This document shows positions 43,738 through 55,720 of a DNA stretch of 64,000 nt, piece after piece. Source of the stretch: Coniocarpon cinnabarinum (taxonomy: Eukaryota); NCBI GenBank assembly GCA_051942205.1, contig JAVECO010000052.1, forward strand, positions 1 to 64,000, in the 5' to 3' direction. A program made the position numbers and the translations under genes. The notes beneath the pieces were generated by a model that searched no databases, was not told where the DNA came from, and worked only from the letters and a program-made list of their open reading frames with translations. The number at the start of each line of letters is the position of its first letter. The stretch's first letter is position 1.

Positions 43738-44150
43738 GCTCCACAAATTCCTTACACAGGGACTTGTTCTGGATTACAAAGACGTAAATTCTTGGATACG
43801 ACACAGCTTTACGGTTACACGCCACGAACCCTCGAAAGCTTATGAGCTGCGATTGGCAGCAAAGGCACAGGGTAACTATACATGCGTCGTCGACTTGCTC
43901 CCTAGCTCTGTACATTGGATATTGTACCCGATGCAGCGCTGTAGCGGCAAGTGCGTACACTGCCTACACTGCTTAGATACGGAGCAACAATAGTACCTGT
44001 TCACCCTTGATTTTCAGGCATCCGTATTGTTTTTCGTTCTTCCACAGACTCAACTTTACCGTCCATTTCTGTCTTCTTTTACTACAATACTTGATTTTGT
44101 GAGAACTCCTGCATCATGGCTTCCTCTCTGGGTCTGTCTCCGACAGTTTT

Positions 44151-45656
44151 ATGAATAGTCATGCTCAAAGGACTGAGGAAACCAGTATAATCCACCACCG
44201 TAGCCATGACGCAATTACAGCTGCACACCCCAACACACCTCACCAGGGTGATGCAGGTCCTGAAGGCAAAGACGAGAATACTAACCATGCGGCCGCCCTG
44301 AATGTAGATTATAAATCGGACTCACTTCGTGAAAATGCTCTGGATGGCTCTGACCAGGAGAGCGTGGAAAACACCTCCAATGAAAATGACTTTCCAGAAG
44401 GAGGCCCCCGTGCCTGGCTTGTAGTTCTCGGATCCTTCTGTGCCATGTTCATGGTCTTTGGCGTCGTCAACTCAACTGCCGCATTCCAAGATTACCTCAG
44501 CACTCACCAATTGTCCTCTCACTCAGCAGTGCAGATCGGTTGGATTTTCAGCTTGCAGCTGTTTTGTGTGTTCTTTTGTGGGATTTACGTTGGACGTGCG
44601 TTTGATGCACATGGCCCTCGAGCACTAGTTGCAGTCGGCAGTGTAGGGTTGGTGTTGTCCATGATGCTACTGGGTTTCTGCCAAGGTTAGCTGAAGTTTT
44701 CAACTGTTTCTGAAGTCCTTGCTGAAGTTTTAATAGAGTACTACCAGTTCATTCTGTGCTACTCAATACTTGGTGGCATGTCAAGTGCACTGCTGAATGC
44801 ACCTGCTTACGGATCCATTGGCCATTTTTTCGACCGACGACGCGGTCTCGCCACAGGCATGGCTGTGACGGCTGGCTCCATTGGTGGTGTTGTAATACCC
44901 CTCATGCTACGATCACTTCTGCCACGAGTCGGGTTTCCTTGGACGAGCCGCATCCTTGGCTTCTTGCTTCTGATCTTTGCTGTACCGACCAATCTTTTCA
45001 TCAGAACAAGACTGCCGCCGTCAGGTGACGCAGGAAGTCTCTTCCCAGATTTCTCCGTACTAAAAAACACGCCCTTTACGCTCTGCGCAGCTGGGATCTT
45101 CCTCATGGAGTGGGGTCTCTTCGTTCCTGTGGCCTACATATCCTCGTATGCTTCGACGCATACTGCAGGCGTAGATCCTGAAAACTTCGGATTTGATATC
45201 CTCGCCATACTGAACGCCGCGTCCTTCTTTGGTCGCTGGATCCCCGGGCTGCTTTCCGACAAGCTGGGGCGCTTCAACATAATGCTGAGCACTATCCTCT
45301 TGTGCGCTGTCAGTGTGCTTGCTTTGTGGCTGACTGCAGACACAAGCGAGGCAGTCCTCATTGCGTTTGCGGTCGTGTTCGGATTCGCCAGTGGCAGTAA
45401 TCTCGGTCTCATCCCTGTGTGTCTAGGTCAGCTGTGCACTATCGAGAATTACGGCAGTTATGTCGGTTCCGCTTGGTTTCTGGCAAGCTTTGGGACTTTG
45501 ACGAGCATTCCAATTGGCGGTGCGCTATTGGATACGACAAGTGGGGCATACTGGGGACTCATTGTGTTCTCTGGTGCAGCTTACGCTTTGGCATTTGCAT
45601 GCTATCTAATGGCAAGATGCTACGTTGTTGGCTGGAACCCTGCGCGACGCTTTTGA
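44151..45656 (+). CDS. MFS monocarboxylate-transporter-like protein (Mch family); start uncertain (alternative ATG 44116)
   Basis: FPEGGPRAWLVVLGSF, IGWIFSLQLF, GHFFDRRRGLATG, GSIGGVVIPLML and LSDKLGRFN. One intron at about 44686-44736. Confidence 0.9.
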
Positions 45657-45810
45657 GCTTGACATGACAAGCCAATTCACTTTTCAGGGATCTGTGAGCG
45701 CACGATTCAACGAACCTGTCTCTAGAGTATCTGACGCAAGTGTCTTTCATACATTCCACGACCTTCGCCGTCAGCAAAGGTTTTGATACTTGTCATTCGC
45801 ATGCGGACCT

Positions 45811-47112
45811 CTACTCGAACTCGCCGCTTTGCATGTTGAGCCAGAAGGCTGCCCTTCCTTTCCAAACCTTCAGCTCCTCAACCACTTCGCTCTCGTGCTC
45901 GAAGCTGATCTTGAAATCCCACAATTTATTTAGGTGAAGACGGGTCGTTTCATCAACAGTCATCTTGACACTTCCATTGAGACAGCGGACGACGGCAGCG
46001 TGGCTTTCTCCCTCTGGGCTTGCGTTGTCCAGACACTTCTGAAGCTCTGACAAGTCCGACACATGCTTTAGTGCTGGCTGTCCACGGATTTCGCGCTCAG
46101 TATGCGCATTTGCTGGTGGTTCAAAAGGCCAAGTCGATAATTTGCTGGATGCTTCGCTTGCAGCGTCGAGATGGCCCGGTGATGTCTCGTTCCAAGATAC
46201 CGGCTGCGTTGCTTTATTCTCTTCGGGGGGATTCCTATACCACTCCTTTGGTCTCAGAGGTTCCAAGAAATTGCCAGTGTAGAACAACTTCAACTTCACG
46301 CGTCTATTGGGAGGTAAATTGGCCTGTCGAAGGAGGAAAGGGTTCTCAGCGACAAGTTTTGCAAAATACTCGGTCGCAAAGTCCTCCGTGCAGATAAACT
46401 CGTCTCGGGGACCAATGAGCCCATCAACGTCAATGGCATCCAGATCTTGCGCTGCGAAGTGATGTGCACGAGCTTGAAGTTCAGAGTCAAGGCGAGGCTC
46501 GATTCGTGGGTGAACCCAGTCGGGCGTGTCCATGGGAGTGTCGGCCGACTCTTCCATTTCTTCGTCGCATATCCAGGTCCTTCCCATGCAGCCGCTTCCT
46601 ATGAAGTCGATAAGTTCGTCTTCCTCGTCCTCATCATCCTCATCATGATTGTCAGCACAGAACTTTTCAAATTCGTCGCATTCTTCGCAGGCCAAACTCT
46701 CGTTTTCACCCAAAAGATCGTCTCGTCGCGCCGGCTGCTCGTATTTTGCCTTCTCGCTCGGACGAAACACATCAATACCATCATCAAACTCCAAAGTGAC
46801 ATGTCTATGTTTCTGCGTCTTCCATCCGTCAATACAGGCTCTGTATTCGTATACCTGTCGCGGATAGCGATGCAACGCAAACTCCCAGACGCGGTCGCGC
46901 ACCTCCCGCGCCAAATGGAAGAACGTCCGCTTCGTCGCGGGTCGCGGTTGGAACGCGCGGCTTGCGGCCCAGGCTTTTTCATTCGCCTCACGTGTCGTCT
47001 TGTCTTTTGCGAGACTGGCTTCCTGCTTTTTGCCGTCGAGCCAGGATATTTCTTGGGTCCAGGAGCGCCGACGGAATACCTTTTGGCGATACTGCCACTC
47101 GCGACGGTCCAT
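45811..47112 (-). CDS. Hypothetical protein with an F-box/2EXR-like N-terminal motif and an acidic tract
   Basis: 433-aa ORF. TFFHLAREVRDRVWEFAL resembles the fungal F(L)xLPxExRxxI(W/Y)xxAL motif. Confidence 0.6.
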   Translation of the reverse strand: MDRREWQYRQKVFRRRSWTQEISWLDGKKQEASLAKDKTTREANEKAWAASRAFQPRPATKRTFFHLAREVRDRVWEFALHRYPRQVYEYRACIDGWKTQKHRHVTLEFDDGIDVFRPSEKAKYEQPARRDDLLGENESLACEECDEFEKFCADNHDEDDEDEEDELIDFIGSGCMGRTWICDEEMEESADTPMDTPDWVHPRIEPRLDSELQARAHHFAAQDLDAIDVDGLIGPRDEFICTEDFATEYFAKLVAENPFLLRQANLPPNRRVKLKLFYTGNFLEPLRPKEWYRNPPEENKATQPVSWNETSPGHLDAASEASSKLSTWPFEPPANAHTEREIRGQPALKHVSDLSELQKCLDNASPEGESHAAVVRCLNGSVKMTVDETTRLHLNKLWDFKISFEHESEVVEELKVWKGRAAFWLNMQSGEFE

Positions 47113-48117
47113 TGTGGGTGAGCGGTTACTTGTGGTTAATATCTTGCAGACTAAGGGTTGTAGGTTGTTGATTGTAGACTGACAATAAAGAAGAGCGGAA
47201 AGAACATTGTTCAGGTGTGCATCTTTCGAGAAAGCTGAAGAGTTGATGCCTTACGAGGTGGAAGGTAGCGCTATCATCCGCGTAAGATTACACTGGAAAT
47301 TGTGTCACAGGCGCGAGGTGGCGCATGAGCAATCTCTAATACAGGAGCTCGCAGAATGAAGTATCACTGCTGGAACAACGGATTCACGATACAAACTACG
47401 CATCCTCCATCACAAAGTCTCCGTATCCGCACAGCCATCTCCTATATTTGAGAATTCTGATTCAAAACCACTTGTCATAAAAAGTCAAACACGGTGCCAT
47501 GTCCATGATACCATACCCTAAAGATGTGTCAATGACCCATACCACTAGGAAACATGCTTACCAGCTACCAACGTTTATAAATGGCATAACGTAGCGCGAC
47601 ATAAGAACGACATAGCGTAACGTGATGTATGAATTATATAACTCAATGACGTGTTCCTGCTAATTTCACTACTATCTTCTAGCAACGGCAAAATGACAAC
47701 GACAACAGCGATGATAGTAATAGCGCTAATTACGGTCTCATCTCCGATTTATTTTAGTCTCATTTCTGACGAAGTTCTGCCTCCCTGCTACTACATCTAG
47801 TAAATAGTGCTGCCAATAATTACAAATACTATCAAAGGCCTTTGCTAGCACTGACTAATGGCAGAGAAATTTTGCCATGACTGCTTAAGCGGTCAATGAG
47901 CTTTATTCCAGTTACATACTGCTTCACCATAACACCGGGCAAAATCGACATAAGCGCCATCTTGATGACCATCTGACGCCGCATGAAGCGTGAAGGCAGG
48001 ACGTGAGTTTCTATGTGCCTCTAAATTGCTCAGGGCTACACCGCCCAGTCATTTCATGGCAGAGAATCTGAAACCTCCATTTGAAACATTTAGGTACATA
48101 CATCTAACGGCATTGCT

Positions 48118-48176
48118 CATCATCATCGCTCATCATCATCATCTTCATCATTTTCATCTTCGTCACCATCATCATC
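48118..48176. repeat. Imperfect (CAT)n microsatellite
   Basis: Run of cat/ctt/cac triplets in an intergenic region. Confidence 0.7.
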
Positions 48177-48839
48177 AAACCTCAACAATGGCAGGGAGAA
48201 GATCACTCACGACAGCTCAACTATAACATCAGAAAGTGAAGCTTCATTCGCAATTACACAACTTCCAAACTGTAGCTCAGGTATTCCTAGCTAGCTGTTG
48301 TTTTACAGAGGACCTTGCTTGTTCTTACAATGTGGTATATGTCAACGCAGGGGCTTGACCTCGTAAACATGGGACAATGTTCGTTCAATAAATTTTTGAA
48401 GCTCTTCTGTTACAAGTGTCCCTCCCAATTTCGTAAACTAATGAACCCCTTCATTTTCAGCCCCAATGATACAATACAAATACAGACATTGAGATTCGCC
48501 TTGCACCTCTCCATCTCATGCCGCGCAGCTTAATCGAGACCGAATTCTCAAGTAACGGGCTGGCCGAGACTATAAATACCATTGAATTATCCAAATAATC
48601 GCTCTGCACCTCCATTTCACAAGTACGCACGCTCCAAATCCTCTATGTAGCTATGAAATGCTTTGCACCGCAGTCGCCACTGGTCTCCAAGTTGCAGAAC
48701 AAGCCAATCTCACCGAACACCCTCGTCTCCATTCGGATCAACGTACTCATCGACGAAAAATGGCGCGCCCAGCCACGAGCCTTGTCTGCATCATCTTAGC
48801 ACTTGGCCTTTCGCGAGTCTGAAGAGCAGAGCGAGCCAC

Positions 48840-51800
48840 CTACCGTCCTCTCATGCCGTTGAGGATGCCAAACCCATTGTGACTCGTCGCGTAAAACGTG
48901 GGTCCCTGCTCTCTTGAGGTTTTCCGCCACTCCCGTTCCGTCCAGGATCGATCGATATCGTGCATCGAGTAAGTGGGTTGCGACGGGCCGCGAGTTCTTT
49001 CCCAAGCCGTGCGGTGGTGGTGCGTCGAAGAAGACGGGCCGTAGGTAGTGTGCGGTGCATATTGCTGAGACGGGGCGGATGGGTGTAGCGGGGCCCCTGG
49101 CTGGGAGGTGGCGGGATGGACGTGCGGCGGCGGGGGATGTGTCTGGGCTTGGATGGAACTGGGATAAGGAGGCAATGTCGTCTGAGGAGGTGCTGAGGGA
49201 TTGATATAGTACCGATCCTCGATGGTGACCGGTGGGCGCGGGGGCGGTCGCTGGTCCGCAGATGACGGAGGACGCGCAGCATAGCTTGGCTGTGACGGTG
49301 GACGTACTGGTGGCGCCCGGGCAAGGACTGAAGCTCTGGAAGGGGGCTCAGTCCCCTCGAATCTTGGCTGCATAGATGGTTGCTTCCAGGGCGCGTAGTC
49401 CACCGGCATACGCATGCTCGCTTCAGGTGGTGGCGGCGGAGGCCTGGGAGTAGGTTCAGGCGGGGGCAGTTGAGTGGGAAATTCGCGATATGTGCCATCG
49501 GGATATTGGCTCCCACTTAGTGGTCGACGGGGTGCGGTCGGCTCAGTAGCGACAGGGGGTGGAGGTGGAACTGGCGGAGCAGCTTGGTGTTGGAACTGAT
49601 TCTGATGGTGGTGATGATGTTCCTGAGCTGGGGTTGGCGCGTGACGATGATGGCGAGGGGGTACCGGTGGTGGTGATGGAGGCGGATGAGGCTGAAGTGT
49701 TGGCGGCCGGTATGATTGCTTCTCCGGTGCCCAAACAAAGCTCCACCTTCCAGTCGGTGGAGTTTCTCGACCATGTTGGCTCTGAGGATGGTGTGGTGGC
49801 TGTTGTTGATTTTGATGCCGAGGATCGTGTGGTGGAGGTGGCGGGAAATGAGTCGAAGCGCGATATTGAGAGTGATTGCGTTGAGGGCCCGAGCGCTTGC
49901 GGGAGCGACGTTCCGACGTCGTGGGACGAGGTTGTGAAGGTGGTGGACCTGTTGCAGCAGGCTGCTGAGGTGGCGGCATTTTTTCTATTGGTGGCTGGTG
50001 ATGTTGTGGAGCAATCGGTGGTGGCGGAGCGGGAGCAGGGGCAGGCGGGCCGTACTGATGAACGGGTATCCACACGCCCTTGCCATCTGAGGGTGGCGGG
50101 GCGTGGCCTGCGGGTACGATGACAGGTGGAGGTCCATTTTCGAATGCATGGCGCGATCGTGCTGGGTGATGTTTCGACATGGCAGCACCAGACGCTGGCG
50201 ATGCGGCGAAGCCTGCAGTGCCGTCGACGAAAGGGAGTCCTTGTTCGTGCATGAGACGCATCTTTTCCTCAGCCATCTTGCGCTTGCGCTCCGCCCACCA
50301 GGCTGTCATGCTCGATGAACGCTTCTCTGACTTCATCTTTGGCGCTTTCGATAAATGTCTGCCATTGGCGCCGTACTCTGGAGCATCTTGAGAAGCCGGC
50401 GACCTCGACGAAAGAGCAGCCTCGACTGGATGACCCTCATCAACCGTAGGCTGGAAAGCTGGAGAGTTGGGGGTAAGGGCCTCCGATGGCGTCGTGTGAG
50501 AAGTCGAGTCGCTCGGCTGTGCTGAGGCTTGAGCAACACCTGGCACCAGCGGCGGCGCATAATACGGCTTGTACGCAGTCTGCGGCGGCACTTCTTTCTC
50601 TGCTGCAGGCTGAAGAGGGACCACCTTGCTGGGCTCATCGGTTTGTGTGTTGGATTGCTCCTTTCCAATTTGTTCCTCGTCAACGCCCTCGCCGGCTTGA
50701 GTGTTTTCGCTTGTCACGCGACCCATACCCTCAAGCAGTCGTCCTCCCCTGCCCCGCGCTCGGCCACGCTTCCCACGCATCCGTCTTCCCCGGATTGCTG
50801 GCGCAGGCGTTGCAGACGGATGACGACTTGGCTCACGCGAGCTTCTCGTCGAGACTTGGTTTAACCTGCTCGATGGCACGTCGTGCAGTCGTCCAACCCG
50901 ACCCCGTTTCGCCGCCCTTTCTCTCTCATCTTCGAACCTCTCTTCATCGCTGGCCAGATCTTCTGCTTCCTCGGCTCTGGGTCCACTCTCAGCTTCATCA
51001 AGTTCAGCTCGTCTCCTTCGTTTCCGGCCAGAGGCACCGTTGATGCCAACATCAAACCGACGGACGGGCTTCCGTGTCCTTTTCTCGGGGCTTTCTTGGT
51101 CACTCGCGTTAGGAATCACACCGTCTATAAGTTTTGCATCAGCACCACGTCTTCTTGCTCTCCTTCCATCTGCCTCTGCCTGTGGCACGGCTGCAGCTGG
51201 GCGACCATTTCCGAGCCCGAGCCCCGCATACCCAGGACGCTGTATGAGAGACCTGGAATATTCACGGCCTTCTATGCCAAGAACGTGACCCCAAAGGTTG
51301 ATCTCCTTCTGAGCTTCAAACATCTCCGGGTCGACAGGTAGCCTCCCACCGGTAGCCGGCCGTCGTGGTGGATTTTGTGCCGGCCCAGTCCGTTCATCGA
51401 GCTTCAAGTATTCGTCTTGCCAGATTCTAAGGGTCTCGAAGGTGGAGTTTGCAAGTTTGAAAAGCGTTGAAGTTTTTCGGCTTGACGGCGGATGTGAGGT
51501 CAACGCATTCGTGAAAGAGGACAGCGGAGGCAACGGCAGGTAGCGTTCGTGGTGTAGTTTGGCGGCTTTGTCCGCGAAATGCTGAGGAGTCGGCGGCCTC
51601 TCCAAGAACGGACTTGGCAGATCAGCCTCAGTGAGATGTTCAATTTCTGTCGATGGATGGATGTCTACAGATTTAGGCGGGGACTGAGCAGGCGGAGAGG
51701 CTACATTCGAGGGCGCAACCGACGTTCGTTTGGACGGCGCTCCAAATGAGCGTGCCGTGCTGGTCCTGTTCAGGCGTGGTGCAGAGTGGTTCTCATCATC

Positions 51801-52478
51801 AGGCGATGCCTTGACCGAAGCGACAGAAGCGTCGATGTGAGCCCTCTGCTCTTCAGAATTGGGACGCTTGCTGCTTCGCCTTCTTCGAGTCAAATCGGCA
51901 GGTAGGATGGGGACAGGACTCGGTGGTTTTGGCGAAGGCTCCACGTCCTCTGCGAAGACCCATCCTTTGGGCAGGCGCCTGCGTTCTTTGCCGACGGTTT
52001 CATAGCCCTCAGAAGAATCCAACCCCTTTTTTGAAGCATGACGACCAGCTCGCGTCACGACGCCTGGCTGAGTTGCTTCGGCAGAAGCGTCCCATAGCTT
52101 GGGAGGGCTTTTAGATTCATTAGACACCCGACTCAAGCGCCGAGTCTGCGCCGGCGATTGTGAGATCGCGCTGCCCTCCTCAACATACCGCTTGACTCTT
52201 TTTGATGGTGGCTCTTGATCTGGGATTTGGAGATGCTCCGGCCACTGATGGTGCTTAATATTAGAAATTACCAAAACGGGACTAACGCTTGAGACGTGCA
52301 CGCAGGCGTCGAGGTGAATGGCATGGTCGGCCTGCGTCTTGGAATGGCGGGGTCTTCGATGTGGTGCCAGTTCGATGAGCGTCTCGGAAGTCTGACTTGT
52401 ACTGTTTCTCAACCCATGGCGAAGAGAAGAGGGTGAAGGTGGCACGAACGAGGCGGGTCTGGTGCGTAACTCAACCAT
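48840..52478 (-). CDS. Large low-complexity (Pro/Gln/His/Arg-rich) hypothetical protein, probably nuclear
   Basis: 1212-aa uninterrupted ORF with NLS-like basic clusters and one ordered-looking segment (WQDEYLKLDERT...PATGGRLPVDPEMFEAQKE). No family recognised. Confidence 0.75.
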   Translation of the reverse strand: MVELRTRPASFVPPSPSSLRHGLRNSTSQTSETLIELAPHRRPRHSKTQADHAIHLDACVHVSSVSPVLVISNIKHHQWPEHLQIPDQEPPSKRVKRYVEEGSAISQSPAQTRRLSRVSNESKSPPKLWDASAEATQPGVVTRAGRHASKKGLDSSEGYETVGKERRRLPKGWVFAEDVEPSPKPPSPVPILPADLTRRRRSSKRPNSEEQRAHIDASVASVKASPDDENHSAPRLNRTSTARSFGAPSKRTSVAPSNVASPPAQSPPKSVDIHPSTEIEHLTEADLPSPFLERPPTPQHFADKAAKLHHERYLPLPPLSSFTNALTSHPPSSRKTSTLFKLANSTFETLRIWQDEYLKLDERTGPAQNPPRRPATGGRLPVDPEMFEAQKEINLWGHVLGIEGREYSRSLIQRPGYAGLGLGNGRPAAAVPQAEADGRRARRRGADAKLIDGVIPNASDQESPEKRTRKPVRRFDVGINGASGRKRRRRAELDEAESGPRAEEAEDLASDEERFEDERERAAKRGRVGRLHDVPSSRLNQVSTRSSREPSRHPSATPAPAIRGRRMRGKRGRARGRGGRLLEGMGRVTSENTQAGEGVDEEQIGKEQSNTQTDEPSKVVPLQPAAEKEVPPQTAYKPYYAPPLVPGVAQASAQPSDSTSHTTPSEALTPNSPAFQPTVDEGHPVEAALSSRSPASQDAPEYGANGRHLSKAPKMKSEKRSSSMTAWWAERKRKMAEEKMRLMHEQGLPFVDGTAGFAASPASGAAMSKHHPARSRHAFENGPPPVIVPAGHAPPPSDGKGVWIPVHQYGPPAPAPAPPPPIAPQHHQPPIEKMPPPQQPAATGPPPSQPRPTTSERRSRKRSGPQRNHSQYRASTHFPPPPPHDPRHQNQQQPPHHPQSQHGRETPPTGRWSFVWAPEKQSYRPPTLQPHPPPSPPPVPPRHHRHAPTPAQEHHHHHQNQFQHQAAPPVPPPPPVATEPTAPRRPLSGSQYPDGTYREFPTQLPPPEPTPRPPPPPPEASMRMPVDYAPWKQPSMQPRFEGTEPPSRASVLARAPPVRPPSQPSYAARPPSSADQRPPPRPPVTIEDRYYINPSAPPQTTLPPYPSSIQAQTHPPPPHVHPATSQPGAPLHPSAPSQQYAPHTTYGPSSSTHHHRTAWERTRGPSQPTYSMHDIDRSWTEREWRKTSREQGPTFYATSHNGFGILNGMRGR

Positions 52479-53333
52479 AGGCCTTGCTCAGATGGTGGAA
52501 AAGAAAAACGTGGTGATTGTCAGCCCGAAAGAGAACCAATCGCACCATGTGTGTCGAGTGGTCAAAGCAGCAATATTGTGTAGTTGTGGCGAAGATCATG
52601 AATCCAAGTAAGTAGATCTGGCGCGAGTACTCGGGACAGGGGATTTCGCCAGCAGCTGAAACCCAGGCGTTGGGAAGATGCGGCACGCCAATAGTTTCGG
52701 TGATGGTTACAGCGACGGATACTCAAGGGTCGACCACCACGCGACTCGACCACCGAGATCAGTCAGAGCAGAGAAAGAGAAACAGGATGAGAGGCGTGGT
52801 AGAGGGAGTGGGCGTGAATGATGAGACTCGCATGACAGGGCTGACTTCCGTGACCATTTTGCGGTACCATGGCGGATCGTCGGCCCCACAGCCAATCACA
52901 GCCCCGTCCGCCCGGGCCTTTTTGCTACCTACGGAGTAGTCCACCCAGCTTACGTTCCCTTGTTGTGCCAGCGCGCTGCTTCACATATACGCACCCACTG
53001 TCGCATCCATTCTTCTCTCCAAGACCAATGCAGTCCGCGTCGCTCTCCACGTATAGTGGACAGCCTCATTCTCGGCACGCCCGGCAGCGCTTGTGCTGCG
53101 TCTGCACGTCTCTGCCGAGCGACCAGTTGTCCTCATAATGGATCCACGCTAAAGCCTGTTTTCGTCGACACCCGTTTCATCCTGGTTAGCGTGCCTGCGC
53201 CTGGTCCGTGCGCCTGCAATACGCGGCGACATCCAGCGTCATTGTCGAGCACCACGCTGGGCTCTGCACCACCATGCTCTGAGCCTCGGAGCCCTTGGCA
53301 TCCTTGCATGCACGCTTCTCGTCGGACACCATC

Positions 53334-54992
53334 ATGGCGACCAAGAAAGCTGCCACCAACCAGGAGCTCGACGACCTGTTCGCCCAGATAGGCACCGGCG
53401 ACGGCGACTCTTCCCCAGCTCCCAATGAGGCGTCGGGCGCTCAGAAGCCCCCAGCCTCTGCCGACGCCGACGATGAGGTCTTTGCGGACATCAAGTCTCA
53501 ATTGACCGTCCCCAGCAGGACGAGCACTCCTCAGGCCCCCTCGTCCGCCGCCTCCACCAAGAAGTATACGCCCACTTCCTCCCATTCGGGACGCAGCAGC
53601 GAAGAGAAACCACCAGCACGGTCTTCAGCTGAGCTTCAGTCCTCCGCTGCACCAGCTGCAGGCTCTCAAAGGACATCAGATGACTCCACCAAGGCCAGCA
53701 AGTCAAATGCTGGCGGTGGTGGTGGGTGGTGGGGTGGACTTTCAGGCCTGTCCAGCTTTGCGACATCCGCTGTCAAGCAGGCACAGGGCGCGGTCGAGCA
53801 GCTGCAGAAGAACGAGGACGCCCAAAAATGGATGGAGCAGGCCAAAGACAATTACGGGCTTCTGAGAGGCTTGGGTATCTGAACGTCCTCAGCCGATGCT
53901 GGTACCATACGCTGACCGCTTGACAGGTGCCGACCTGGGTTCGAAGGCGCTTCCGACCTTCACAAACATCCTGCACACCCTTGCCCCGCCCATATCCCAA
54001 CATGAAAGGTTACAGATTCACATTACCCATGATATCGTTGGATACCCTACTTTGGACCCCTTGATCTACCAAAGCTTTGCCAGAGTGATGGCCCAAGTAG
54101 AGGGTGGCGATCTTTTAGTGATCCAACGTGGCTCCGAATCAGGCCAGCGTCGTGCGTCAGAAGTCGGGTTCTCAGGATCGAGCACAGTTGGATGGGCAGA
54201 TGGCCCGTGGTGGCAAGCAGGCTCTGCCAAGCGCAGCCTAAACGCCGTGCATGGCTTGGTTGAGGGTACCAAGCTTGCTCGTGCAAGTACCGAAGGATAT
54301 TCACACGAGTTTTACTCGGCGCAAGATGGGCTCGAGGCAGCCATGAAGCAGGCTACGACAGTTTTGTCAGAGTCAAACCCCACAAGAACGAGTGATGTGT
54401 TCGTCTGCATCCAGCCCATTGCTTACACCAATCAGCCTGAGCTATTTGCTGCCAGCAAGGACTCAAAGGAGCAAACCGAAGGTGAAGGGGTCGTCAAAGA
54501 CGAGTCTCAGAGCGCGGACGAGCTTGTTGGGTTCGCCATCCACCTTCACGACCCAATCCATTCGATCGCCTTTTCTTCGCTTTCACAAGCTCTGCCCCAG
54601 AAATGGATCGATTGGATGGATGCAGAAGTGACCATGTCCGAACAAGATGGTGCACAAGTGCCCGTACTTCCCGAGGTGAATAGACAATGCAAGTGTTATT
54701 GTGAGTAGATGCTGATTGAGTTTCACAGGAGGTACAGGACGTCATTGCGAGAGGAGGTGTGGATCCTCGGGAATGGATTGCAGAGTGGATGGAAGAGTTG
54801 TTGTCCTCGAGCGTTGGGTACGTTATTCTCCTGATCGGTCACCTCCTTTAATACTGACGCAGCGCACCTAGGATCGTCGCACAGCGTTACGTCGCTAGGC
54901 GCATGGGTGTTGGAGAAGGTGCAATTGGTCGCGGCAAGCGACGTGAAGAACCTGTTGACAGCGGTGGCGGGGAAGCTGCTCGAGCGACTTAG
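53334..54992 (+). CDS. MTC1: Maintenance of telomere capping protein 1 homologue, three introns
   Basis: GGGGWWGG, KALPTFTNILHTLAPPISQHERLQIHITHD, FARVMAQVEGG, GGVDPREWIAEWMEE and IVAQRYVARRMG. Confidence 0.85.
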
Positions 54993-55139
54993 TTTATATC
55001 TTTCTTTTCGGCGTTGGCAAGTATCCGTAGCTCGAGAGCGTCATGATGTAGTATCGACTATCACGTGAATTTCATGCCACCACCGACGTGTGGCGCTCAG
55101 CGCAAGTTGGCAAAGCAATTGATCACTGTCAATCTTCAG

Positions 55140-55478
55140 TTACTTCTTGAATGTGCCATGTCCGGCACCAGCGCCACCAGACCGCCTTTCCTTCTCCAGT
55201 TCCTTTTTGCTCAGGTCCTTTTTCACGCCTCCTCCCTTTGCACCGATCATTTCGGTGTGGCCAGCCCGTTCGGCCAGTCGCTTCTCCAGAGAGTGTGTGA
55301 GTCCCCCGTGACCCTTTCTGGTCTGCTTCTGGAGCTTGGCAACTTTTATGTCCTTTGCTGTGCGTGTGGCAGACTTTCCCGGAGTGGATCTTGAGCGCGC
55401 TTTTGAGCTGTGACTGACCTTGTTGCTAGACGCGCTTTTTCCTGAAGACGATTTCGCTTTGATCGCTCCTTGCGGCAT
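55140..55478 (-). CDS. Small basic DUF2462/UPF0390 family protein
   Basis: 112 aa, Lys-rich, starting MPQGAIK and containing GLTHSLEKRLAERAGHTEMIG. Confidence 0.7.
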   Translation of the reverse strand: MPQGAIKAKSSSGKSASSNKVSHSSKARSRSTPGKSATRTAKDIKVAKLQKQTRKGHGGLTHSLEKRLAERAGHTEMIGAKGGGVKKDLSKKELEKERRSGGAGAGHGTFKK

Positions 55479-55720
55479 GATGGACTTTGCTGGTACGATC
55501 CAAGGTTGAAGAAGGATTTTGATGTGCTTCAGTTTGCCAAGCCTGCTCTCTCTTTAGGGTCATGAAAGGCAATTTTACGCGACGCGCCCCACCGACTAGC
55601 CAGGCACCCGGCGACCGTGAGTATATTGCGATCTGATCTATCCTGTCTATTTTGCCGTAGATCTTGGTAGTAATCAATATATTGGCGAAATTTCGAGTCG
55701 CCAGCCACTGATTCTCAGGC

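Noticed and set aside
46447..47121. 224-aa plus-strand hydrophobic ORF
   Set aside because: Antisense mirror of the charged 45811-47112 gene.
47200..48800. Relatively AT-rich gene-free stretch, possible transposon or RIP relic
   Set aside because: I found no TIR, LTR, TSD or transposase fragment, only a CAT microsatellite.
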